From: a virus
Taxonomy: Duplodnaviria; Caudoviricetes
Reading direction: 5' to 3' (one strand)
Virus record (IMG/VR): IMGVR_UViG_3300020576_002947
Coordinates: 96,001-160,000 of that record
DNA length: 64,000 nucleotides
In this document: one piece after another, positions 47,337-56,811 of the stretch
How positions within the stretch are numbered: the stretch's first letter is position 1
Layout: every line of letters starts with the position of its first letter
Translations under genes and position numbers: made by a program
The notes under the pieces: generated by a model
What the model saw: only the letters and a program-made list of their open reading frames with translations
The model's database searches: none
Told to the model about the DNA's origin: nothing

Positions 47337-50300
47337 TCAATAGGCACGATCCTTCATATAGGACTCAAGCCCTGAGGTGTCATCCTGTTTCATATTTACA
47401 CTCACATCTATATTCGATGTTGGAGCTGTTTTGTTGTCGATCATTACCTGAATATCTTTTGTCGTGATGCCAGTACCTGCTAAAATCCTATCAATTTTAG
47501 GTTTTGTGGATAAAGGCATTCTATTAACTCGGTCTAAATTAGGTAGAGGTACTCCTTGAGAAGCACTCCTAGCTTGTCTAATTTCACGTTTTCCTATTGG
47601 TCGCCCTTGTATTCCTTCTGCAAGTCGAGACCTAGTCTTTAGGTCATTAATATCAACATCAGGACTCCACCCGCCCCACTTCTCATCAGGAAGGTAAGCT
47701 TTACTGAAAATCTCATCTAATCCAATATTAGGAGTACTCTTCCCAAAGTACCTAGCAGTAACTCTCTTTTCAGTTGGCGATAAAAGTTCAAATACTTTTT
47801 GCTTTTCGTTATCATTCCCATAGAGTAAAGCCTCTTTAACTGCTTGCCGACGTGGTTGGGAAATACTGGCGATCATCTGATCAACAGTACCGTTTATAAC
47901 ATTAAACCCCATCCTAGTACGCTTAGCTTTGTTTTCAGCGTCAATAGCCAGCATACTCCACTTACCAGCCTTCTTCTTTAGTCTATAAGGGCTTTTAGAT
48001 AGTAGGTCTACGTTAGTTCCTTCGTATCTCCAAGCCTGGTCCTTATAGAACTCTGCTAGTCTTGAGAATTTTAAGTACTGCAGGGCGTCCCAATAGTCTT
48101 CAAACTTGTCACGTCTTCTAGTAGCCCCAGGCTTCCACTTTTTACCTGTAGCCAATTCGTAGGTTCCCCTGATCGACGCTGCTGTGGCCGCTAAAGACGC
48201 AAACAGAAGGGCTGAGGTTCCCTTACCTTTCTTTGATACACCGAAGGCAATATAACCCACCACACCAGCACTAACAGCCGCTTGTAGTGGAGCTTTACTT
48301 GCCCAGTTGCTAATAGTAGGTGCTACTAAGGTATTAGGAAGGTCAGACCAGCTCATATAGTCTGAACCATAAACATCACCTCGAGATAATTGTTCTGAGG
48401 GGGAGCGGTTTCTCATGAACTTATTACTGATCATGTTATCGCTATGAATACCCCACTCCCACAGTTTGGCGAGAGGGCTTAGAGATCTGTCGAAGGCAAC
48501 TCTGTCTGTAGGATCGCCAGATTGGTACTCTCTAGCATACCCTTTCTCCACAAGTCGATTAGATAACCGACCTATCTGTTGTAATGGTGTATTAATGACA
48601 CCAAAGTCAGCTGAGAAAACTTGTTGGCCCATTAGTTCTGGGTCTAATGCATTAGCGTTAGTTCTAAAGGTAGCAACCTTTCCTGCTTTAATGCCGTAAT
48701 GTGCTAAGACTTCTTGGATAGTCCCAGACTCAACAAGCTCACTTTCCCACTCAATACCAGCTACTTTATAAGTACCTGCCTTCGTAACAATATGACCTTC
48801 ACCTGTAACATACTGCACTACAGCATGAACATTTCTAATATTAGTACTACTAAGCGGAGTATGTAGAGTATAGTCTCTACGCATTAAGTCTAAATCTCTT
48901 TTTATCTGCTGAAAAATTATTCTCTCATGACCACCAAGAGTTGTCTTAGTCTCAAAATAACTTTCTAGCTCTCGTGTCTCTCTTGAATTAGGCTTAACTC
49001 GTGAAAGTACTTGTAATCTTGACAGAGGGTCGTATGTCTCATAAGGTGATAATGCACCAATCTCTCTTAACTGTTCTAGTGTTTCCCTAGCTTGGTAAAT
49101 TCTAGACATTGCTGAGCGTATTTTACCTTGCTCTAATCCAACCATTCTAGTACGAATTTGACTGGGATCGTCTTGATTGATATAAGCAATAACACCTCTT
49201 TGGACTCCCAGAGCTTTCATTTCTAGCTGGATAGCTTCTTCGACAGAGTACCCAGCATTTTGGTTTGCAAAGTTTTCACTATCAAGAGGAACAATCTTCA
49301 CTACCGATTTAGTAGCTCCTCCCATAACAGCATCTACTGTACCACTATAATTCATTTCTTCATTATAAACTGGTACATTTGTGCCTGCCAAAGCTCCTTG
49401 TCTTTGTAAGATAGAAAGAGCTTCCATTTGAGCCATCTTGGCTTTCTCACCTTCAAAGATCTTTGAGTCATAATAACCAATAGGGTTTATCATTGACTCA
49501 ATTACTTCAGCTTCATTCCTACCAAGCATACTAATATCAACTTTATTAGGCCGGGTATACTGATTAAGCCTTTCAAAAGCATCACCGGGAAGAAGCTGCT
49601 CGTAGTTCTCTCCTCTCGTATAAGGGTCACCCCATCCTAATGCTTCATCAGCAGCTACTAACCATGAAGGCATACTATTTTTGTATGGGCTAAATGCGTC
49701 ATAGTTTTTATCTGGGAAGCCTAGTACCCTTCTAAAGAATTCACCACCTTCACCTGAAAGTTCTCCAAGCTTGTTTGCGTAAATATATCGTCTGATATCT
49801 CTAGCATCTGAGGATGATTGGTTAGGTATGTCATAGTAGTTAGGAGACATCCCGCCAGTTAAGGCTTTTAGCAAACCTCCATAAAGACCGCTCTGGTCTC
49901 GGTATTTATCAATAATATCAAAAACTAAAGAGTCACTAGACCTTAAAGCACTAGGCCTAATAGGTTTGTTAAGGTACACCTCAACCTTCCCTGTTTCAGA
50001 ACCTAGAAGACCACCATTGCCTCTGCCATAACCTGCCTCAGCACCATAAGCAATCTCAAGACCTGCTGCTGACAAGGCTTGGTTTTCTATATCACCATAT
50101 ACTGAGCTATTCCTACCTCCACCATAGTAGGCCTTAAGGTTTGAATAGTTTGCTGCTGTTGTTCTAACTACGTTCTCAGCACCTACTAAAGCCTGTGATT
50201 TTGCATCTTTAGGATTGTTTGAGAAGTCAGGTCTATATGGACGATCTTTCTTAACCCTTTCCTCCCAAGAAGGACCAAGAAGTCTTGCAATTGGAGCTAG

Positions 50301-53300
50301 TGGATTTGTAAGTGTAGGAAGAAATGAAGTTTCTGCTGAAGCATGTTGAACGTTGTCGGCACTAGTCCAGTTTGAATGTGCTCTGCGATAATAGTTAGCT
50401 CTCCAGTACTCAACATCAGAGCCTGCAGCGTCTCCTTTATTACCTAGAACTAAGAATCTCCCACGCTTAATAGCATCGTAACCAGTCATTAGGTACTCTT
50501 GGTACTCTTCTGCTGTTCTCGCTGTAATATATTTCTCTAGGCCAGGAAAAGCTCTTACTAGGTCTTTCGTTCCTTCGTTTGCACCAACTAGATCACCTAA
50601 CTTTTTAATTCCAATAGTTAGCTTTGCCCTAATATTAGCTGACAGGTCATCTAGGCCTGGAACTCCGTAGGTCTCTGCATCATCATTAATATTATTGTAC
50701 AGCTCATATCCGATATAAGCAGGAAGAAGTCTTTTTAGAGTCAAGGCTGCAGCATACCTAGGTACAGTTAATAGGTCTTGTGACCCTAAAGCAAGACCTA
50801 GGGGTTCTGCAAGTTTGTTTGAGGTGGTGACTAGTGACATAGCCGCATGGCCTAAATCAGTCTGTGATGCGTTGGGATCAACAAGGGCCTGTAAAGAAGC
50901 TCCTAGCCAATTATGGATTTGACTGGAGTCCTTTAATGTCTGTACAGCATAGTAGTCTAAGTCACTGGTTACACTAGAATAATCTCTAATTGCAGGAGTT
51001 CTTGATTTACCAAGAAAGCCAAACCTTTTATCAACTACCTTACGTGCGCTACCTAATTGTAGTGCGTCGCTAGCCCTCTCAACAAGCAAGTTTTCAAAGT
51101 TTGAGGTTGCACTAGCTGTACTTCCTCTTAACCCTTTGAGAGACTTAATAAAGTTGCTAGCTATCTTAGCTCTAGTCTCATCAGTAATATCTAAGCTCCT
51201 GTCGTTCAATAAATCCCAACCACCTAGCATAGATAAAAGTTCTTTAGCTGCTGCTCTATCTACTTTCTTATCATCTGCGACACCTATTGTCATGTTCTGG
51301 TAGATCTTTTCAAGGAACTTTGTCTGAGTGCCTAGCTCACCATCAGTAATACCTGCCATCTGAAGTAAAAGACTATCTATCTCAGTAACTCCAGTTTTAG
51401 TCGAATCTTTAATAAACGTTTCAAACGCTTCACCTCCACCAACTAGAGACTCTCCTCTCATTGTTAGTAGCTGATCTAGCTCAGCATCTTGTGCGTCTCG
51501 ATAAAGTTTACTTCCTGTCTTACTTCCAAAAAAGCCTTCGTGCGTAGAGTGTTTAAACCCTTCTGTTGATGATCCTGGTGCTCCAAACCCTAATCTATCT
51601 TTTTTAGTGTATTCTAGCGTTCTATGGAGCCCCGAATCAAGTTTAATGATACCTTCAAGACTTTCACTTGGATTTAGCCACCCCATCCTATCCATAGCAA
51701 CCCAAGTAGCATCAGCATCATTAGCTGATATTACTTCTAAGAGTCCTGGCATATAGTAGTTACTATCACTATTATTTATTACACCTACTTTAGAAGCTAT
51801 TTTAGCTAAGTCATCTGAATAATTAAAAGGGACTGAACCAGCAAGATTGGATGCGTGCTCAAGGGCTTGAAATCTAGTCGAAGCATGTACTTTACTACTA
51901 GAAGCTAAATTAAAAGTTAGCTCAGTTAAGTCATCCATCGAAACTTCCCCATTATTGGAAAATTTCTTCAATAAAGCTGCAGCAAGACCCTCAGTAACAC
52001 CTTTCTTAGGTATTAGTATAGCTGATGTACTAGATGTTGAGGATTCTGAGACATCATAAAGTTCATGCTGCATGGAGTAGAAAAGATCCCTTGCTTTAGT
52101 AGCTTGGTCTTCATCAGATAAGAAGAATTTTCTAACAGCTTTTACAACATTAGAACCACCACCCTTCCCTACTTCAGCAATTTCATCTAAATCAAGAAAG
52201 TTTATTACACTAGGGTCTGCTTTTGAACGGTACTTATTTCTAGCAGACAGTGCATCTCTGGTAGCCTTAGATTCACTTGTTGCTAAAAATCTGTAAGATT
52301 TATCTGTGTTTACTGCTTTAAAAGTAGCGTTCTTTCCATCAGTCTGCAAGCTAAAAAGCTTCCGTCCAATGCCAATACCCATTCCTTTAGCCCCTTTTCC
52401 AAGGTCAGGTTGTAGGGAAAGCTCCCCGAGTTTTTTTACTCGAATAGGATCTGATTTCAAGAAATTAAACAGTTTTGATACGTTTACGTTAAAGACCCCA
52501 GGAAGCAGAGGTATGGTCATTTCTTGACCACCTTTTGCAGCTTGGAATCTAATAGCATTAGCTATTTGTGCTTGTGAAACGATCTCCCTATTTGCACGAT
52601 TAGATCGACTATAACCAGAGTCTAAAGTCTTTTTTGTATCTTCAAGTATTTTACCAATAAAGCCTGTTTGCTGCTTTCCACCAGTATTAACTAATCCAGT
52701 TTTAGTCTCTAGAAAGATACTAAGATTTTTCTGCATCCTTACCAGGTCACCATCAGCAGCTTCAGCTCCTGATTCTGACAAGGCCATAGTAAGATTCTTA
52801 TGATATTCTTTTAAGGTATCTGTTAGAAAGCCATTGTTACGGCCTTTAGTTTCAGAGGCAATAGACTGTTGGACTTTTCTTCCTTCTTCAGTAAGGAAAT
52901 CATCGAAGTCCTCACCTTTACTAGACAGGAATTTTGTCTCATTTTCCCCACCTATATTAAATAAATCTTTAAATCGGTACTCTCTTCCATCAACAGCAGT
53001 AAAAGTTTTAATTACAGCATCATCACGAGCAGCAGCTTTGACCATCTCCCTATGAGCTTCTATAATTGAACCAGCACTATCACCAGTTTTTATTAACGTA
53101 GCGTAATCGTTCCTACCTGCGCCTGGGGATTTAAAAGCAGCATCCAGAGCAACTCTGATATCATTCTCTGCATCAAAAGATTGACCTACTATTTTTTGAA
53201 CTCCAGTAAGATTACTAGCACTAGTGGCCCTTTCAAAAGCCTGAGTAGAGTTAGTATCTTGGAGAATGGAGGTCATGTTATGACTAATTCTTTCGGCCCA

Positions 53301-53747
53301 GTCTTCAGCAGCCTTGGCGCTAGCTCCTTTACCATTAGAATCTACGACACTTTGCTGTAGTCTTTCTGCTAAGGTTCTAGTAAAGACCTGTCTCTGTTTG
53401 TTTTGGTTAAATTGAGAGAAGACAGCAGTCTGAATATTTCCTAGACCTTCAATAGCCGCATTAGCAGCGTCTGAAAGTTTTATTTGTCTAAGAGAGGCTG
53501 ATTCTACACTTCCTTCTTGTAGATATCTTGATGAGGCAATAAGTTCTTCAGCATCAGCACCAATAGCACTGAGTATAGCCTTTCCTGCTCTACCTCCTAA
53601 TACCTCACTACCATACTTTATTATGGAAGGTGCAGCAGCAGTAAGGCCGATTACTGCTGCTGCGGTGTATGCTAGATTCCTTAGACTGTTCTTTCTAGGT
53701 TCTTCGCTCTGCCATTCGGCGGAGCTGCTCTGGTGATGGCGGAACAA
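47337..53747 (-). CDS. Tape-measure protein (start uncertain)
   Basis: 2136 aa directly downstream of the tail-assembly chaperones; A/G-rich helices and hydrophobic segments; contains degenerate nuclease-like folds. Confidence 0.7.
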   Translation of the reverse strand: MFRHHQSSSAEWQSEEPRKNSLRNLAYTAAAVIGLTAAAPSIIKYGSEVLGGRAGKAILSAIGADAEELIASSRYLQEGSVESASLRQIKLSDAANAAIEGLGNIQTAVFSQFNQNKQRQVFTRTLAERLQQSVVDSNGKGASAKAAEDWAERISHNMTSILQDTNSTQAFERATSASNLTGVQKIVGQSFDAENDIRVALDAAFKSPGAGRNDYATLIKTGDSAGSIIEAHREMVKAAARDDAVIKTFTAVDGREYRFKDLFNIGGENETKFLSSKGEDFDDFLTEEGRKVQQSIASETKGRNNGFLTDTLKEYHKNLTMALSESGAEAADGDLVRMQKNLSIFLETKTGLVNTGGKQQTGFIGKILEDTKKTLDSGYSRSNRANREIVSQAQIANAIRFQAAKGGQEMTIPLLPGVFNVNVSKLFNFLKSDPIRVKKLGELSLQPDLGKGAKGMGIGIGRKLFSLQTDGKNATFKAVNTDKSYRFLATSESKATRDALSARNKYRSKADPSVINFLDLDEIAEVGKGGGSNVVKAVRKFFLSDEDQATKARDLFYSMQHELYDVSESSTSSTSAILIPKKGVTEGLAAALLKKFSNNGEVSMDDLTELTFNLASSSKVHASTRFQALEHASNLAGSVPFNYSDDLAKIASKVGVINNSDSNYYMPGLLEVISANDADATWVAMDRMGWLNPSESLEGIIKLDSGLHRTLEYTKKDRLGFGAPGSSTEGFKHSTHEGFFGSKTGSKLYRDAQDAELDQLLTMRGESLVGGGEAFETFIKDSTKTGVTEIDSLLLQMAGITDGELGTQTKFLEKIYQNMTIGVADDKKVDRAAAKELLSMLGGWDLLNDRSLDITDETRAKIASNFIKSLKGLRGSTASATSNFENLLVERASDALQLGSARKVVDKRFGFLGKSRTPAIRDYSSVTSDLDYYAVQTLKDSSQIHNWLGASLQALVDPNASQTDLGHAAMSLVTTSNKLAEPLGLALGSQDLLTVPRYAAALTLKRLLPAYIGYELYNNINDDAETYGVPGLDDLSANIRAKLTIGIKKLGDLVGANEGTKDLVRAFPGLEKYITARTAEEYQEYLMTGYDAIKRGRFLVLGNKGDAAGSDVEYWRANYYRRAHSNWTSADNVQHASAETSFLPTLTNPLAPIARLLGPSWEERVKKDRPYRPDFSNNPKDAKSQALVGAENVVRTTAANYSNLKAYYGGGRNSSVYGDIENQALSAAGLEIAYGAEAGYGRGNGGLLGSETGKVEVYLNKPIRPSALRSSDSLVFDIIDKYRDQSGLYGGLLKALTGGMSPNYYDIPNQSSSDARDIRRYIYANKLGELSGEGGEFFRRVLGFPDKNYDAFSPYKNSMPSWLVAADEALGWGDPYTRGENYEQLLPGDAFERLNQYTRPNKVDISMLGRNEAEVIESMINPIGYYDSKIFEGEKAKMAQMEALSILQRQGALAGTNVPVYNEEMNYSGTVDAVMGGATKSVVKIVPLDSENFANQNAGYSVEEAIQLEMKALGVQRGVIAYINQDDPSQIRTRMVGLEQGKIRSAMSRIYQARETLEQLREIGALSPYETYDPLSRLQVLSRVKPNSRETRELESYFETKTTLGGHERIIFQQIKRDLDLMRRDYTLHTPLSSTNIRNVHAVVQYVTGEGHIVTKAGTYKVAGIEWESELVESGTIQEVLAHYGIKAGKVATFRTNANALDPELMGQQVFSADFGVINTPLQQIGRLSNRLVEKGYAREYQSGDPTDRVAFDRSLSPLAKLWEWGIHSDNMISNKFMRNRSPSEQLSRGDVYGSDYMSWSDLPNTLVAPTISNWASKAPLQAAVSAGVVGYIAFGVSKKGKGTSALLFASLAATAASIRGTYELATGKKWKPGATRRRDKFEDYWDALQYLKFSRLAEFYKDQAWRYEGTNVDLLSKSPYRLKKKAGKWSMLAIDAENKAKRTRMGFNVINGTVDQMIASISQPRRQAVKEALLYGNDNEKQKVFELLSPTEKRVTARYFGKSTPNIGLDEIFSKAYLPDEKWGGWSPDVDINDLKTRSRLAEGIQGRPIGKREIRQARSASQGVPLPNLDRVNRMPLSTKPKIDRILAGTGITTKDIQVMIDNKTAPTSNIDVSVNMKQDDTSGLESYMKDRAY

Positions 53748-54438
53748 TTACGTTACCCTTTTCTACTTCTTCTTGAAGTTCCTTAATAGTTTTTGTCGGT
53801 TTCGATCTAGACGTAAGAGTCATATGTTTAGACTCTACACCCTTAGAATTAAGAGACGGTTCGACAAAATCCATTTTCTCTGCTACTGCTACTCCTGGCG
53901 ATTGAGAAGCTCCTGAGAGTTCATTACAAAGACCATAGTAGGCCTCCTCACCAAAGATTGCCCTAAATCTTTCCTTTGTTGCTTGTATAGTCTTGAACTT
54001 TTGTATGTCATCCATAGTATCGAAACTATCAAAAGAAACATTATTAAGCAAAGCAACAGCTAGCGTTTTAATCTTAGAGTCATCAGAAGAAAGCCATTTA
54101 CCAGCAATATCAGCATGAGAGTAGTTATTATTCAGCTTGTAGTAAGTCGGAATAGAGTAACTACTAAAGTCAAGTACTAGGACAAATAGTGTAAATAGCG
54201 TGCCTGCAAGCATCTTATCCACTTCGAGCTTTGGTAAGATACAGTTATAGACAGCAAACTTTGAACAATCGTAAACTGATTTTTTATCTAATAATACTTT
54301 CCTAAAATAATTATCTTCCTGCTCAGTGAAAGACCTAATAAAGACATCAAAACTATCTTTATGATCATAAGGGCCAGCGATTCTAGCCCTTTTCCATGAG
54401 AAGCCAGGAACTAGCTCTATTCCTGTTTCAGTAACCAA
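53695..54438 (-). CDS. Tail assembly chaperone 2
   Basis: VFIRSFT…AVYNCILP repeat unit, shared with the upstream gene; lies directly before the tape measure. Confidence 0.6.
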   Translation of the reverse strand: MVTETGIELVPGFSWKRARIAGPYDHKDSFDVFIRSFTEQEDNYFRKVLLDKKSVYDCSKFAVYNCILPKLEVDKMLAGTLFTLFVLVLDFSSYSIPTYYKLNNNYSHADIAGKWLSSDDSKIKTLAVALLNNVSFDSFDTMDDIQKFKTIQATKERFRAIFGEEAYYGLCNELSGASQSPGVAVAEKMDFVEPSLNSKGVESKHMTLTSRSKPTKTIKELQEEVEKGNVIVPPSPEQLRRMAERRT

Positions 54439-55128
54439 TTACAGCTCCGTTATTTCAATCTCGTATGTTTCGCCAGAGAGTCTTCTAATTATCTGAGCAG
54501 TTGTTAGCAAGATACCTCTTGGGATAATAGCTATCTCAAACTCATCGGGCCAAACTACACACCTATCAACAACATGAATATCGTTTTGGTAGATAAAGGC
54601 TACATCACTCATATCGTTTCCTACGACAGGCCTGATAATGAAGTGGTAGTCACCTACTCTGACTTTACTAAGACTATACTGTGAATTAGTAGCTAGGACC
54701 TCATTAGCCTCATCCTCTGTAGGAGCACCCCACGGTTTGACATGGTAAATAGGGACTAAGTTTTTAGGCGGTCCTACTACATCTCCATTTATAGCTACTG
54801 ATATATAACCTGATAAATAAGTTACAGCATTTACAATCTCAGGTTTGATACCGATTGGCATCATTTTCTCTTCTTCTGGGGAGAGGGAAGGCCATAGTAC
54901 ACAAGCCTTGTAGACGTAGGACTCAAGAATCTTATTAGTCTCAAAATCGTTAGCCTCAAGCCCACTTGTATACAACGTCTGGATCTTCTCTAGATCCTCA
55001 GGGTACAAAGCTCTTAAAACAAAAGGAAACTTAGTCTTAGGATGACTAAACTTACTGATCGAAATTCCTTCTGGTAGACTCTGCTTAATCTCATTAATGA
55101 TTTCTTCTGTGAGTTCTCTTGGGTTCAT
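54439..55128 (-). CDS. Tail assembly chaperone 1 (internally duplicated)
   Basis: Two copies of FxxRxx…CVxWP…xPxGI (FVLRAL…ACVLWP; FIIRPV…RCVVWP). Confidence 0.65.
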   Translation of the reverse strand: MNPRELTEEIINEIKQSLPEGISISKFSHPKTKFPFVLRALYPEDLEKIQTLYTSGLEANDFETNKILESYVYKACVLWPSLSPEEEKMMPIGIKPEIVNAVTYLSGYISVAINGDVVGPPKNLVPIYHVKPWGAPTEDEANEVLATNSQYSLSKVRVGDYHFIIRPVVGNDMSDVAFIYQNDIHVVDRCVVWPDEFEIAIIPRGILLTTAQIIRRLSGETYEIEITEL

Positions 55129-55129
55129 A

Positions 55130-55933
55130 TTAAATCTCTAATATTTTTGTTACCGATGCTGCTGTAGTTTTGGAGTCGAATTTTTCGATCTGTCTAAGAC
55201 TATTTATTGGCTGTAGATCGGCAGCTACAAAACTATACACTTCAAGGTTAGGTACTCCTTGGTCAGAAACCCTCAGAGATCTTGAAGTTAGCCTACAATT
55301 TATTAATGTACAGCCGGTGCCTATATTGTAAAGAGGGTTTTCAGATGAATGATAAGCTTCTGTATACCTACCATCATTAGACATTCTGAGAAGTACACCT
55401 TCTCCTGCTCTGTAACCTGCCTGGATAGTCATAGTTAGATTAGCATATAAAGCTGGTTTATAAGAGTTAGCTACATACGAGTAGCTATTCTCCTCTTCCA
55501 TTATTGTTGAGAGATGGTTTGATTTATAGTACCTCTTTTCTTGCATTATCTTTGCTTGCTTTAGGCGAGCACTCTGCTTTTCCTTAGGATCGGTGATTAA
55601 ATCAAGTTCTGGTAAAAGCAATTCTGTTTCAACAGCAGCTTTAGGTCCACTACTATTACCAGTTTTAAATCCTCTTATTTTTTCAAGTAGTGCAAAGATA
55701 AACATATCTTGTTTATAGTTAATTGCAAACTCTCCTTGAATCATCCTCACACCCTTACTAAAAGAGGGGGTAAACTTATCCCAAGAATATACAGGGCTTG
55801 TATTTTCTATTAGTTGGTAGTTAAACTGAGTAATATCGTCGATAAAAAACCCGTTAATAAATAAACTACTACTTTTACCATTCCAGTAGCTGTTATTAAA
55901 TTCATCAACAATCTTATATTTATCTAGGTACAT
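55130..55933 (-). CDS. Tail tube-fold protein (tube initiator-like)
   Basis: LFINGFFIDDI…PVYSW…SKGVRMIQGEFAIN parallels the major tube protein. Confidence 0.65.
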   Translation of the reverse strand: MYLDKYKIVDEFNNSYWNGKSSSLFINGFFIDDITQFNYQLIENTSPVYSWDKFTPSFSKGVRMIQGEFAINYKQDMFIFALLEKIRGFKTGNSSGPKAAVETELLLPELDLITDPKEKQSARLKQAKIMQEKRYYKSNHLSTIMEEENSYSYVANSYKPALYANLTMTIQAGYRAGEGVLLRMSNDGRYTEAYHSSENPLYNIGTGCTLINCRLTSRSLRVSDQGVPNLEVYSFVAADLQPINSLRQIEKFDSKTTAASVTKILEI

Positions 55934-55935
55934 AT

Positions 55936-56811
55936 TTAAAAGCCTCCTACAGGTAGGGTACTAATATCAGGTTCAGTTGTAGCAGTTTCTGTAGTAGGTT
56001 CTGTAGTAGTAGTTGTAGTACTGCTAGTGGTCGTGCTACTAGTGGTTGTACTACTACTAGAGGTCGTAGTTGTAGACGAGGTTGTTGTAGTAGATAGTGT
56101 AGTTACAGTATCAGTAGTAGTTCCTGTAGTAGTTGTAACTGAGATCTCTATTATATCCTCGCACGGAAGGTAAATATCTAGTATTAAATCAATTGATCCA
56201 GACGTACAAGCACCATTATGATTTAAACAGTACCATATTTTTGTATACTCATTTGTCCCGTCTATAGGAACTTTGATTACTTTATCTCTTGCTGGGTAAA
56301 ATGCAGGTGTAGATGGGTTAGGAGTTTCCCTAGAAAAAGCTATTATTACACTGTACGGCTTTGTTTGTAAGGTTGGGAAATCTGGTGAGGGAAATTCGTC
56401 TTGGCATAGCCACGGTTGAGCTATGGGATGAGGTAGACTATCGGTTGTACCTGTAATAGTATTCCCATAGTAACCTTCTGGGTAGATAGTTCCAAACTCA
56501 CTAACTAGACTCCCGCTAGCTCTCGCGTGTACCCAACATCTTGATATTGGGATAGTAAACCCACCCATCCAATCATAAGAAGCACTGGAAGTAATAGTGT
56601 AAGTAGTATTAGCACGAGGACCTCCACCACAAAAATAGTTTATACTCCACTCATTTGTTGTGGTAGCCTCTGTGGTAGTAGGAAACGTAGTTTCTGTAAC
56701 TGTACTAGTAGTTGAGGTTGTTGTAGAAGACTGGGTAGGGGATGTTTCAGCATCTATTAAAAGACTTCCAGCTACAAGACTGGTTAGTTTATCCCAAAAG
56801 ACCCTAATCAA
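55936..56811 (-). CDS. Thr/Ser-rich (mucin-like) protein
   Basis: 291 aa; two poly-T/S tracts flank a Cys-containing globular core. Confidence 0.6.
   Translation of the reverse strand: MIRVFWDKLTSLVAGSLLIDAETSPTQSSTTTSTTSTVTETTFPTTTEATTTNEWSINYFCGGGPRANTTYTITSSASYDWMGGFTIPISRCWVHARASGSLVSEFGTIYPEGYYGNTITGTTDSLPHPIAQPWLCQDEFPSPDFPTLQTKPYSVIIAFSRETPNPSTPAFYPARDKVIKVPIDGTNEYTKIWYCLNHNGACTSGSIDLILDIYLPCEDIIEISVTTTTGTTTDTVTTLSTTTTSSTTTTSSSSTTTSSTTTSSTTTTTTEPTTETATTEPDISTLPVGGF
55970..56140. repeat. Low-complexity GTA/GTT triplet-rich tract encoding poly-Thr/Ser
   Basis: Imperfect gtagtagtagttgta… runs visible directly in the sequence. Confidence 0.8.

Noticed and set aside
49100-49470. Cas4-like motif as evidence of a CRISPR-Cas system
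   Set aside because: It is embedded in a tail protein, lacks the ExK and Fe-S cysteines, and has no array or other cas genes nearby.
55970-56140. Repetitive tract as a CRISPR array or DGR repeat
   Set aside because: It is triplet low-complexity coding for poly-Thr/Ser. There is no repeat-spacer periodicity, and no cas or reverse transcriptase gene in the window.
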